Assembly (NCBI GenBank): GCA_038087875.1
Contig: CM075990.1
Location: forward strand, 434,001 to 498,000
From: Malacoraja senta
Lineage: Eukaryota
Length of the DNA: 64,000 bases
Reading direction: 5' to 3'
Made by a program: the position numbers and the translations under genes. Below are positions 37,597-49,054 of the stretch, piece after piece (the stretch's first letter is position 1; each line of letters begins with the position of its first letter). Under the pieces are notes generated by a model. That model ran no database searches. It was not told the origin of the DNA and was given only the letters and a program-made list of their open reading frames with translations.

Positions 37597-38084
37597 AATA
37601 ACTTTTCAGATATTTTATAACAAACCCGTTGCCTGGCCTTGGGTGTTTGGGGATTCAATTTTAAATTCTGTCTTATAATTTACCCCAAATGTTAGGGGTC
37701 ATTATTATTTCTTGTTAATCAAAGCATCAGCATGTTTGAATAACCAGGGATTACGTGCCCTCAGCGCCCAACCCTCTATCACAAAGGTCAGCTGGTGTAC
37801 TAGTCTTCTCTAATCTTACTATGTTTAGTTCAAGAAACTGTTATCTATGATCTCACATTGCTGCTTTGAAGATTGACGCGCATGCGTGCTGGTGGGCTCT
37901 TCACGTAATCCCTCAACGTAAGTCCTCATTAAATAAAGATCAAACTTCAAACTGGTAAGTTCTCGTTTAATCTTACTATTAAATTGCTGACAGAAAATTA
38001 TTCTCATTGGTGAGTGTGGAGGAGATCTGGAAGCCTTGGGCGAATTGAATAGTTCGTGACTTAATTATTATTATTTTTTTTAAT

Positions 38085-38176
38085 TTAAGCGTGAGAAATT
38101 TGTGATCAGCATGAGAGCGTGGGAATTTCATGAAATGCGTGAGTCTTACGCTCAATCCGTGAGAGTTGGCATCCCT
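38085..38176. mobile_element. hAT-like DNA transposon end fragment
   Basis: Ends gagttggcatccctg (reverse complement cagggatgccaactc) with gcgtgaga subterminal repeats. Confidence 0.4.
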
Positions 38177-39547
38177 GTTTACAGTGTATAGATACATGAT
38201 AAGGGAATAACATTTAGTGCAAGGTAAAGCCAGCAAACATTACATTACGATAAACTTGACGACTTGAGATACCTTTTTGGGAGTGCTTCTTGTGATATTG
38301 TCATGATTGACTACATATTGCAAATTGGAAAGGAAGCTAATGAACAGTAGGCCTTTGGAAGGCAAAACTCAGGTATTACAAATGGTATGATTTTAACCTT
38401 ATTACTCTTTGTGAAATTTGGTGTGGATTCTGGCATTCACATCTCGCTACATTGCAACAGTAACCAAGGCAAGATCATATCAAACAGGGAATACTTAAAG
38501 GATTTAGTTCTTCTCAGATCTTCATAAGCAGTTGATGTCATGGATTAAACATAGAAACGAGCGATTCTGAAACTTAAATTTGCAGCTGTATAACCTTAAA
38601 GAAAATTTGGCAAGAGTTTAATTCAATAAACATCTGAATCTTCACTGATTTTGGAATGGGGACAACATTTTTTCAGTGAGCATGTGCTTTAATTCTGGTG
38701 GTAATCACTATATACAGACTGCTAATAAAATTTTGCAGCCATAAAGGGGGAAAATAGTCATCACACTTTCTCTTCTGAACTATTCAAGAATCCATCAAAA
38801 GGAAATCTTTACTGATGAATGACAAAATAAACCTTTCACCTTTCCAAGATGGTCAGCTTTATGTTTTTAATTTAATTTACAATAATTTCCCTCAAACTCT
38901 TCAACTTACTCCATTATTTTCCCAACAGAAAATTGACCAAAACTCATTTCATGTACGGGATTGATTTGCTTTAATCAGCATTAAGCCCTTGGCAAAGAAC
39001 TCCTGTAAGAATCTCTGCCTTTATTTGATCATATCTAAATGTTAATTTTATTAACTCATATAAATCTTGCTGTCTCTTTTGCCCAACGAGGAGATAGATC
39101 TAATTCTCTTGAGAGATGACCCCCTGGCCCATTGGTTAGCACTTCATTATTCGAATCAGTCTGAGTCCATTAAACATACAGGAGTGTTGAAGTGCACCGA
39201 GAGCGGATTATCCTATTCTTTTGAATGCTTACACATCTTCAACAGAATCAAATTATTGGCCATCTGCTAGATTGCTGCAAGTGTGCGTGCTCTGCATAAA
39301 TTCACGGCTGCCATTCCCCGCGTTTGTAACAGTCACCTGTTTTAGACATTTCTCTAAACCGTAAATACATTACAACCCATTTGCATTCCTCGCCGAAGGA
39401 CTCCATGACTCCTTGACTCCTTAGTAGAACAGTCTCAAACTGAATTTTACCTTTTAAAGTGGTGTAGTTAGTAGCAGCTGCCTCACAGCTCCAGAGAGCC
39501 AGGCTCAATCCTGAGCTCTGGTGCTGTATGTCAGGTGTTTTTACATT

Positions 39548-42500
39548 TTACTTCGGAGTCACGTGAGTGACTACGTGAAGAACCCCGTCAGGGCGCATGC
39601 GCGTCATTACGTCTGACGCATTGGCGACAACGGCAGCAGGAGCACGGAGCTCTTGCTGCAGCTTAGTAATTACAGCTCCACCAAAGTCGGGGAGACTTTG
39701 GAGGAGTTAGAGAAAAGTAAAGAAATTGTTTCTGTGTGTTTTTCCCCCACATACAGGAACAAGGAAAAGGTGCAGGCTGCTGCCGACAAGGAGAGAGAGA
39801 GCTGCGGGAGTGCAGTTTCTGAAAGGCAGCCTGTCACCTCGGGGGAGTCGCAAGCCGGTAGCGGTGCGGCAACAGACTTCAGAAAGTGCCCAGCCGGGTC
39901 CACAGCCAACGCCAGTCGGGCGGTCGGCATAACCCAAGTCTGTAAGGGCTATAGACTCCACAGATTCGGGCCACAAGAGTCCCGTCGGGGACAGGATACC
40001 TTTCCCCAGCGGTTATCCAATAGGAGCAGCTCATACAGGGGCTGCTCCACAGAGACGCTCCAGGAGGAGCAGTGCAGACGGGAAGCCATAGGGAAGGCTC
40101 CGCTGGCAGTGCCTAGGAGAGGTCTGCTTCATAAAGCCACACTCCAGGGGAGTTGTGCAGGCGGGAAGCCTTAGGGAAGGCTCCGCTGGCAGTGCCTAGG
40201 AGAGGTCTGCTTCATAAAGCCATACTCCAGGAGGAGTTGTGCAGGCGGGAGGCCGTGGGGACGGCTCCGCTGGCAGTGCCTAGTAGAGGCCTGCTTGAAA
40301 GCACCCTCTTTGCAAGAGGTGAGTGCAGAAGGGCAGATACGCTCTGACCCTGAGTCCGACGACTTCCAAAGGGAGGGCAGGCAGCTGTCAGAGCTGACAC
40401 CGTGTGCAGCACGGTTTGCCATGTCGTCGGACGCTGGTGAGCCTCTGGGTGAGGAACTTGCCACCAGCATAAATTACCAAGTCTCACATCAGCTACAGGA
40501 GCTGACAATGGATGAGACAGTAACGAAGTATGAAGCCCCAACCAACTGTGGACTGTTAAAAGTTCCTGTTGGGAACAGGAAGAATTGGGGCAAGATGGGC
40601 ATACTAATGAAAGCCCAGGAGCATGTGAAGCTCCAGCATATTTTAAAGTTGCTTGCATCTGGTATAACGAGCTTTGCCAGGATGGTGGATGGAGAGGCCA
40701 TGACAAATTACAACAAAAGGCGCTATTGTGGAGTGCCCACTTTGAGATAAATTGCCTCCGCAAGATGCGATTAGACCAACCATCAATGCTAAATATGCTT
40801 CACTCTGCCAGCCTGGCACAGTGCAACCGGCACAGCTGTTTGGCGAGGATTTCGCACAGCAGGTGAAGGAGCTGGAGGAGGAGGCTAAGATGGCAGCCAC
40901 ATATTCACCAAAGCGGAAGTATCCCTATAAGGGAGAAGACTGGTCCGGGCAAGGGACGAGTCCAGCTACGATGCAGCGCAGTTGGCATTCGGCTGTAGCA
41001 CCGCCACGGAGGTGAGATATCCAGCTCAAGGCCGGGGAAGAATGCCAGGTGGTAAGGAGGTAAGAGGGTCTGGTTCTCATGTAGACAGATCTAATGTGAT
41101 ACAATTAAATGTTTACCTCAGATATGTTTATACTGAAGGTTTAAAATTCAGCTGGATGGGGCAATTATGCCAATACAATCCACTGCCTAATGGTTTCTCT
41201 TCAGTTTCTAGAGGGATTACAAAGTTGTTAAAACCTATTCTAGGCATGATGAGAAGTCAAGGCCATGTGCTCATGGCTTAGCTAGATAATATCTTGATTG
41301 TAGGACAATCAAAGGAAACAGCTGAAGCATCAGTGGCAGTTGGTAAAAAACATTTTTTAATTGGGCTTTATAACCTATCCAGAGAAATCTAAATTTATAC
41401 CTGTGACACAAATTGACTAGTTGGGTTCACAATGGACTTAATCAACATCATTGTGACCTTGCCCAGGCAAAAAAGGGTAGAGCTAATTAAGAGCTATATC
41501 AAGTTAATTGCTGACACACAGCCTTCAATTAGCCAGGTGACAAGTCTGCTGTGGTAATGGCTGGCAGCATTTCCAGCAGTTCAATATGGCCACTTTATTA
41601 TCTACAATTACAAAGGTCAAAGGAACAAGCATTGAGGATACATCGGGGTCATTATAATAGACCTATGCTTCTATCAATAGAGGCTGTTGCTGATGTACAA
41701 TGGTGGATTCAGCATGTGTCCACTAGTAGTTCCAAAGTGTTATTGGACCAAGCTTCCATGATTTGCAGACAGATGTCAGAGCACTTGGGTAGCGTGCTAC
41801 TGATACAAGAACCAGCGGTGGAGACAGATGAACATTGCTTCTGCAAACATGGGGAATTAACCAAGAGTATTTTATGGACTCAAGGCTTATGGCACTAACT
41901 AAACTAGTTTGCATGTGCAGTGCAAAATAGACAACACTACAGCAGTTGCTGATATGAATCACATGGGTGGAATCAAATCATTATCATGTGACAGGTTGCC
42001 AAATACAATTGGACCTGGAGTAGGGATAGAGAGATTTGGATTGGAGCTATCTATCTGCCAGGGAAACTTAATGTAGTGCCAGATGGCAGCTCACGAAAAT
42101 TTCATCATAACACAGAGTGGATGTGGAACCAGGATGTGTTCAAGAACATAGTACTTCTATATGGAAGGCCAAAATATGTTTCATAGGCACCAGATCCAGG
42201 GGCAGTGGCAATTGATGTTTTTTCTCTAAATTGGGATGATATGTTTGTGTACATTTTCCCACCATTCTGCCTCATGGGTCGCTGTTTGAGAAAATCAAGC
42301 AGGATGCCGCTTCAGGGGTTTTGGTGATACCAAATTGCCTGATTCAACCATGGTTCCCTTTGATGTTACAGATAGCGATCCAACCTCTTTTTGCTGATTC
42401 CAAAGTAGGAATTTCCTGGAGCATCCAGTAACGCATTAAGTTCATCCGTTATGTGATGGTATGGATCTGTTAATTTGCAGGTTTTAAGAATGCCTTACAT

Positions 42501-44035
42501 TGGTCGAGGACTTTCTAGGCCAACGGTGGATATACTCACTGCAGCCTGGAGAAACAGTACTCAAAAACAGTATATGACATGTAATAAAAAATAAAAAAAT
42601 AAAAAAAATAAAAATGGGAATAATATGGTGTTCAAAAGAATATTCAATATGATACTGTAGTTATTGAAAATGTGTTAGAGTTTATGTACACTTTATTATG
42701 ATGAGGGTCTTAGCTATACTGCTATCAATACAGCTAGAAGTGCTTGGTCGGCATATCTTGTAATAGGTACACGGACACAAAGTATAGGTTCTCACCCTCT
42801 CATATCTAGGTTGATGAAAGGAATCTTTAATTCCAAACCGTCTAAGCCTAGGTATATGGTAATCTGCGAGGTAAGTGTTGTTCGTAACATACTTCGTCAT
42901 TGGGTCCTTGTCACGTCTAACTTTGTTAAAATTAACCATGAAATTGGCTATGCTAATGGCATTGGTGTCAGTACAGAGAGTGCAGACTTTCCGAAAACTT
43001 CAGTTCGAGAGAATGGAAGTGAATACAGAGAATGTTCTGTTTTATATTTCTGACCTGCTCAAACAAAGCAGGCCAGGTGCGACAGGTTTTAAGATTGTGT
43101 TCTCAGCATATCCCTACAGCTCCATGTTTATGTGTAAGGACACATTTGTTACATTACATTGAAGCCACAAGGGCTTTAAGACAAGAAGAAACGGGATTAT
43201 TTGTCAGTTACAAGAAGCCAACATAAAAGAGTGGCAGTTCAGACTATCTCAAGGTGGTTAAAGCAAGAGTTGGTTCAGGCAGGAATTAACATTTATGTGT
43301 TTACATCTCATTCCACTAGCGCAGTAGCAACATCCGCGGCCAGGGCGATGGACGTTCCCATCGACCATATATTAAAAGCCGCAGGTTGGAAAAATTAACT
43401 TGTGTTTCAGCAATACTACCATCGGCCGATTGCCGATAGAGGGCTGTTTGCCAACTCAATATTGAGTGCTGTTGCTATTATTTAAAGTCTGTTTTCAATA
43501 CTGTTTCATTCTGTTTTGTTTGTTGCCCTACATTAAGAGGGTTTATTGGTTGTTTTATGACCAAAAATAAAACTGTTTTGTTTTTGCATGATATGCAATG
43601 TCATGTTTACAACATTATTGATGATACTCAGTCAATCGATGCAGTGAGAAGCCGGGATTTTGATCTGCGGCATAAAAATCACAGAGCTTTAAAATCTTCA
43701 CGTAGTCACTCACGTGACTCCGAAGTAAAATAGTAAGATTAAACGAGAACTTACCAGTTTGAAGTTTGATCTTTATTTTATGAGGAGTTACGTTGGTGAT
43801 TACGTGCCCGCCACGCCCAAACCTCTCTCATAGAAAAAAGGTCATAATGGTAGTTCTCATGTTGATCATCTTAATATGTTACTTCAATTATGGTGTTGTC
43901 TGTGATTTCATACCGCTGCTTTGAAGATTGACGCGCATGTGCCCTGACGGGGTTCTTCACGTAATCACCAACGTAACTCCTCATAAAATAAAGATCAAAC
44001 TTCAAACTGGTAAGTTCTCGTTTAATCTTACTATT
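39548..44035 (+). mobile_element. DIRS1-like retrotransposon D with intact termini, ITRs and ICR (43696-43806); ORFs decayed, RT partly deleted
   Basis: Left ITR tacgtgaagaaccccgtcagggcgcatgcgcgtca versus right tgacgcgcatgtgccctgacggggttcttcacgta; recombinase remnants VQRVQT, QTISRWL, HSTSA, AAGW. Confidence 0.95.
40057..40300. repeat. ~84-bp tandem repeat (3 units) inside DIRS D gag
   Basis: ggctccgctggcagtgcctag..gagg.ctgctt repeated three times. Confidence 0.9.
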
Positions 44036-44249
44036 CTCCTTGTGACTGCGTGGGTTTCCTCTAGGAACTCCGGTTTCCTCCCTCACCCCGAAAATATGTA
44101 AATTGTAAATTGCCTTCATATGTAGATGAGGTGTAGATGAAAGGGAGTCTCTGTGGGCAGTTGATGGGAATGTAGGGGAAATAAATCTATTGGAGTAATG
44201 TTAATGGAAAATTGGGTGCTTGATGATTACAGACTCATAACTGAGTGCT

Positions 44250-44525
44250 CATAACTGAACACAATACTCTAAATGGGGCCCAACCAATGTCTTATACAAG
44301 TGCAACAGGATCTCCCTACTTCTATACTCAATACTCTGACTGATGAAGGGCAAATTGCCAAACATCTTTTTAACCACCCAATCTACCTGCGACTCCATCT
44401 TCAAGGAACCATGCACCTGCACTCCAAGATATCTCTGCTCTACAGCACTCCCCAGAGCCCAACCGTTCACTGTGTAGGTCCTTCCCATGTTAGACTTCCC
44501 AAACTGCAACACTTCACATTTCTCT
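44250..44525 (-). mobile_element. Old CR1 RT fragment
   Basis: EKCEVLQFGKSN..LGVQVH..LYKTLVGPHLEYCVQ. Confidence 0.8.
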
Positions 44526-44529
44526 GTCA

Positions 44530-44752
44530 TTGTTACTTTTTTGCATATATTTTATTCATTTGTTCTATATCTCTCTACATCACCATCTACTTTTCCCATT
44601 TCCCTTTCCCCTGACTCTCAGTCTGAAGAAGGGTCTCGACCCAAAACTTCACCCATTCCTTCTCTCCAGAGATGCTGCCTGTCCCGCTGAGTTACTCCAG
44701 CATTTGGCTCTATTTTCGGATTTAACCAGCATCTGTAATTCCTTCCCACACA
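44530..44752 (+). repeat. Penelope-type terminal repeat
   Basis: ctgactctcagtctgaagaagggtctcgaccc...ccagagatgctgcctgtcccgctgagttactccagc. Confidence 0.75.
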
Positions 44753-45059
44753 CTTCTCACATTGTTGGTCAGACTCGTACCTTGCAGCCTTTGGGTCCAG
44801 CGATCATGAGTAAACTACCAGGAAGGTGTTGTACCTGCTCCAGCATATTCTCCTTGGTGGAATCCTTCATTCTGAGAGTTGCCTTGTAGAACTTCGCCTC
44901 ACCTTCCATTTCTCCATCTTCATTCCACAGGAGTCTCAATCAGTGAGCGCACACGTCCTAGGGCAAGTGTTATGGATGTGCCTTATCCAGAATATATTTT
45001 GGTGTGCATGGAAGAATGTAATGAGGCTTTGAATTGGATTTTTTTAATGAATAATCATA

Positions 45060-46081
45060 AGTCTGGTCGTCATACAATATATGCTTGCTTGGCTTCCTGC
45101 ACTAAACTGATTCATTTATGAAAAAGTTATATGATGCTGAACAACATCTAAGTTAATATGCCAATCCTATTCATAGCAATCGCATTAAAATGTGTTAATT
45201 GATGTTTTGGGTAACTGCTTCATCCTGAGTATGTTCTGAGTTCAAAAAGAAAATTAAATTCGGGTAGCACGATGGCGTAGCAGTAGAGTTGCCACCTTAC
45301 AACGGCAGTACCTGGGTTCGATCCCGACTACGGGTGCTGTCTGTACGGAGTTTGTACTTTCTTCTCGTGACAAGCGTGGGTTTTCTCTGAGATCTTCGGT
45401 TTCTTCCCACACTCCAAAAACATACAGATTTGTAGGTTAATTGGCTTAGTATAAATGTCTAGATGTAAAATTGTCCCTAGTGTGTGTAGGATAGTGTTAA
45501 TGTGCGGGGATCGCTGGTCGGTGCGGACTCAGTGGGCTCTAAACTAAACTAAGCTAAACTAAATAATTATGAATGGTCCTTATATATGCACGCTTGGCTT
45601 CCTACACAAAATTGATTCATTTATGAAAAAGTCATATAATATTGAACAACATCTAAATTCACATGCCAATACAATTCATAGTTATCCCATCAAAATGTGT
45701 TAATTGGTGTTTTAGGTAACTGCTTCAGCCTGAGTATGTTCTGAGTTCAAAAAGAAAATGAAATTCAGACCGCACAGTGGCACAGCAGTAGAGTTGCCAC
45801 CTTAAAACGACAGTACCTGGGTTTGATCCTGACTACGGGTGCTGTCTGTACAGAGTTTGTAAGTTCTCCCTGTGACCTGCGTGGGTTTTCTCTGGAATCT
45901 ACGGTTTCCTCCCACACTCCAAAGCCGTACAGGGTTGTAGGCTATTTGGCCAGGTATAAATGTAAATTGTCCCTAGTGTGTGTAGGATAGTGTTAATGTG
46001 CGGCGATCACTGGTCGGCACGGACTCAGTGGGCCGAAGGAACCTTTTTCCGAGCTGTATATCTGAACTAAACTAAACTAAA
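45060..46081 (+). repeat. Old ~500-bp tandem duplication; each unit is unique DNA plus a SINE (45262-45563, 45768-46081)
   Basis: gcttggcttcct..gattcatttatgaaaaagt..ctgagtatgttctgagttcaaaaagaaaat precedes both SINEs. Confidence 0.88.
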
Positions 46082-46512
46082 GATGCTCACGCCACACTTT
46101 AACCCTGACATTGCCGATGGGTTAACGTGTAAGTCAGTTAGATCAGGAATATAAAATATCCAGTGTGTTAAATGTTGACATGGGCCATTGTAATATCTCC
46201 CAGCCTGCTGTAGAAAACCATTATTTCCTACTATAACAATTTATACATCATGTCCAAACTTTAAACTTGTCATGGAATTAGGCTGCTCCACATCTTGAGT
46301 CAAAGTACAAACCCCAGTCAATAGTATAAAGCTATGTCAACCTTGATGGTATAGAGGTTAGATTTTGCATTCAGTGCTGATATAAACAGTGTCAAGAGTC
46401 ATAAATGTTTAATTGTCATATGCACCAGGATTAGAATACTGGAATTCTTACTTGCTGCAGCTTTTCAGATTTATTATCAGAACAAAATAATAACTAAATA
46501 TACAGTAATTAA

Positions 46513-46820
46513 TGTGGCGCAGCGGTAGATTTGCTGCCTTACAGCTCCAGAAACTCGGGTTCGATCCTGACTACAGGTGTTTGTCAGTCCGGGGTTTGTA
46601 CTTTCTCCCAGTGACCTGTGTTGGTTTTCTCCAAGAACTTCGGTTTCCTCCCACACTCCAAAGACGTACAGGTTTGTAGATTAATTTTCTTGGTATAAAC
46701 GTGAAAAAAAATCTCCCTAGTGTGTGCAGGGTAGTGCTAATGTGTGGGGATTGCTGGTCGGCATGGACTCGGTGGGCCGAAGGGCCTGTTACCACACTGT
46801 CTCTAAACTAAACTAAACTA
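46513..46820 (+). mobile_element. tRNA-derived SINE
   Basis: Homologous to 6937-7254, (ctaaa)n tail. Confidence 0.85.
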
Positions 46821-48027
46821 ATAAGATAAATCATCACTGACTACAAGATAATCAGACAATAATAATAAAAAAACAAAGTACGTTAGTGCAACTTATACAA
46901 GGTCCATAGTAGATTGCAGTGGAGTAGATTTATAAATAATAATATAATTTGTGAAACATGGTATCAACCAACAAAATGCCTGCAGCTCTACTCTGAGCTG
47001 TCCTCCAGTATCTATGAAAAACTGCCTGCAGGTGTGATTGAGTGCTGCTGTTCTCTTGCTCTCCAATATTTTACAGTGTAACTCTCTCATGACTTAGTAA
47101 CCGACCAGCACTGCTAATACCCACTCACATACTGGATGTGATGGCCACAATCTTTAACAAGTTCAACAGCTCTCCTGCCAGGCTTAGAAACTCCCTTGTA
47201 TCTTATCGGGTGTGTTCAAGTGCTTCCATGCAGGAGACCATGGCCAGTGCTCTATGAATGCCTGGGGATAACCTGATGGAGGAAATCAACTGCACTTCAG
47301 ATCACAATGTTTGGATTTTTTACTCTATTGTCAAAGTTATAGACTCACAGAGTCGTATTGTAATATAGCGTGGAAACAGGCCCTTTCAGCCCAATTTGCC
47401 CACACCTGCCAACATGTCCCAGCAACATTAGTCCCACCTGCCCGCATTTGGTCCATATCCCTCCAAACCTGCCCAATCCAGGTACCTGTCTAACTGTTTC
47501 TTAACTAACTCCTCCGGCAGCTTGTTCCATACACCCACCACCCTTTGTGTGAAAAGTTTTTTTTTTTTAATTGTCTTTACGTTCTTCTTCTTATCGAGTC
47601 CACACACAAGATTAGAAGTTGTTCAGCCAGAGCTGAGCACACTTCTCGGCATCTGCATGCAATGGTGTCTGTCTTGTGCTTCTTGTGTGCGGTGGAAAGA
47701 TTGGTGAAAACAGGGTGGCGACGTGAACGCTCTTTCCTTGACCCCACTGTCTTTAAGTAAAAGTATTAATATATCAAACAAAATATTGGTTGTAAAACAC
47801 TGCACGCAAAATATTTGTTGTAAAACATTGCTCCCATAGTGGTGGCTTCTTACACCTACTATTCACTAACCTTGGTGGTGTTTTAATTGTCAATATTTAA
47901 TTGTCAGTATTAATTAAATGGCACATTCTTGGATTGGTTTGAGAAAAGACAGTCTCTTGAGCAGTGTTGATGATGTGCTGTGCAGAATGATGACTTTTAT
48001 TCTCACAAAGAGTTTTGTCCAAGAAAT

Positions 48028-48875
48028 TTGGATTATTGCATGCAGTTCTGGCCACTCAATTGCAGAAAGGATGTGGAGGCTTTGGAGAGGTTGCAGAGGA
48101 GTTTTACCAGAACACTGCCTGGATTAAAGTGCTACTGCTATGGGGAGAGGTTTGATAGACTTGGTTTGTTTTCCCTGGAACATTGGAGGTTCAGGGGAGA
48201 CATAAAATTATGAGACACATACATCATCATCATCATCGTTGAAAACATTAGCGACGCAGTTGTGCTAGTTTCCAACGGGAACGGTGACGGTCGCGCCACA
48301 CATCTCTGTCCTCCAGTTCCTGCGGAGGATTTTGGTGTGTTTGCTTTATCATCATTCCTTACAATGCTGTGTACGACAGTGATCGCAACTTCTACTGAAG
48401 TGTGGATGGCCGTTGGCTCGCTGGAAACTTATCCACCCTTTGACAGGTCTTGTTTTTGGTCCTGCTGGGGGTCCACAGCCCGCTCCTCACCTAGCAAACC
48501 AGGTGGGGGAGACAGTTTAGTCGCCGGCTATCTGACCATGGAGCATGGTACCCGTGGCGGGAGGAACTCCCCCCGACCTGACATATACATGGACAGTTAG
48601 AACCTTGTCCAAAGCTAGAGGCCATAGATATAAATTAAGAGGGGGGAACTTTAACAGAGATATGCGGGGCAAGTTTTTTTACATAGAGTGGTGGGGGCCT
48701 GGAACCCAATGCAAAGGGTGGTGGTGGCATTTATGAGGCTTTTGGATAGGCACATGGAAGTGCAGGGATTAGAGAGATATGGATCATCTACGGGCAGATG
48801 AGATCAGTTTAACTTGGCATCATGTTTGGCACAGACATTGTGGACCAAAGGGTCCGTTTCTGTGCAGTTCTATGT
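48028..48875 (+). mobile_element. Old CR1 3' fragment with nested element
   Basis: LDYCMQFW..KDVEALERLQRSFTR..RLGLFSLE; ARGHRYKLRG. Confidence 0.8.
48225..48579 (-). mobile_element. 355-bp non-autonomous retroelement with (gat)n tail and 11-bp TSD, RTE-like
   Basis: gacacatacat (48214-48224) and gacatatacat (48580-48590) flank it; (cat)n at the left end. Confidence 0.65.
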
Positions 48876-49054
48876 AAAAGAAGGGTTTGGCTATCCCTCA
48901 GACTCACATGACACTTGTTTAACCTCTGCCAGTGCTGGAGAAATCCCCAAAATGAGATTGAAATTCAATAGGGAGTAGTTTGCATGGGTGACGTTTTGGG
49001 TCGAGACACTTCTGAAGAGTCTGTACAATGGTCTCAACCAAATCCTTCTCTTCA

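Larger units (their letters stand above)
32158..37670 (+). pseudogene. DIRS C tyrosine recombinase split into 32158-32563, 33605-34050 and 37597-~37670
   Basis: ARSALSS, HPLVSRLMKGIFN, SAQRVQSL, HTISRWL, HSTRAASTS, AGWSS / TFQIFYNKP. Confidence 0.9.
28741..37980 (+). mobile_element. DIRS1-like retrotransposon C with nested TIR element and two CR1s; ICR deleted
   Basis: ATT-ttgcttcggagtcac left end; right ITR tgacgcgcatgcgtgctgg..gctcttcacgta is complementary to the left ITR; cttact-ATT at 37978-37980. Confidence 0.95.
39459..44230 (+). mobile_element. tRNA-derived SINE split by DIRS D (39459-39547 and 44036-~44230)
   Basis: Rejoined halves give tgtttttac-ATT-ctccttgtgactgcgtgggtttcc, matching agtttgtatgttctccctgtaactgcgtggg in intact copies. 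Confidence 0.8.

Noticed and set aside
44779..44960. Possible minus-strand exon (...WNEDGEMEGEAKFYK...AGPKGCK)
   Set aside because: A stop follows the candidate acceptor in every frame and I recognise no homologue.
47580..47750. Possible minus-strand exon (GSRKERSRRHPVF...)
   Set aside because: One open frame but weak splice signals and no recognisable homology.
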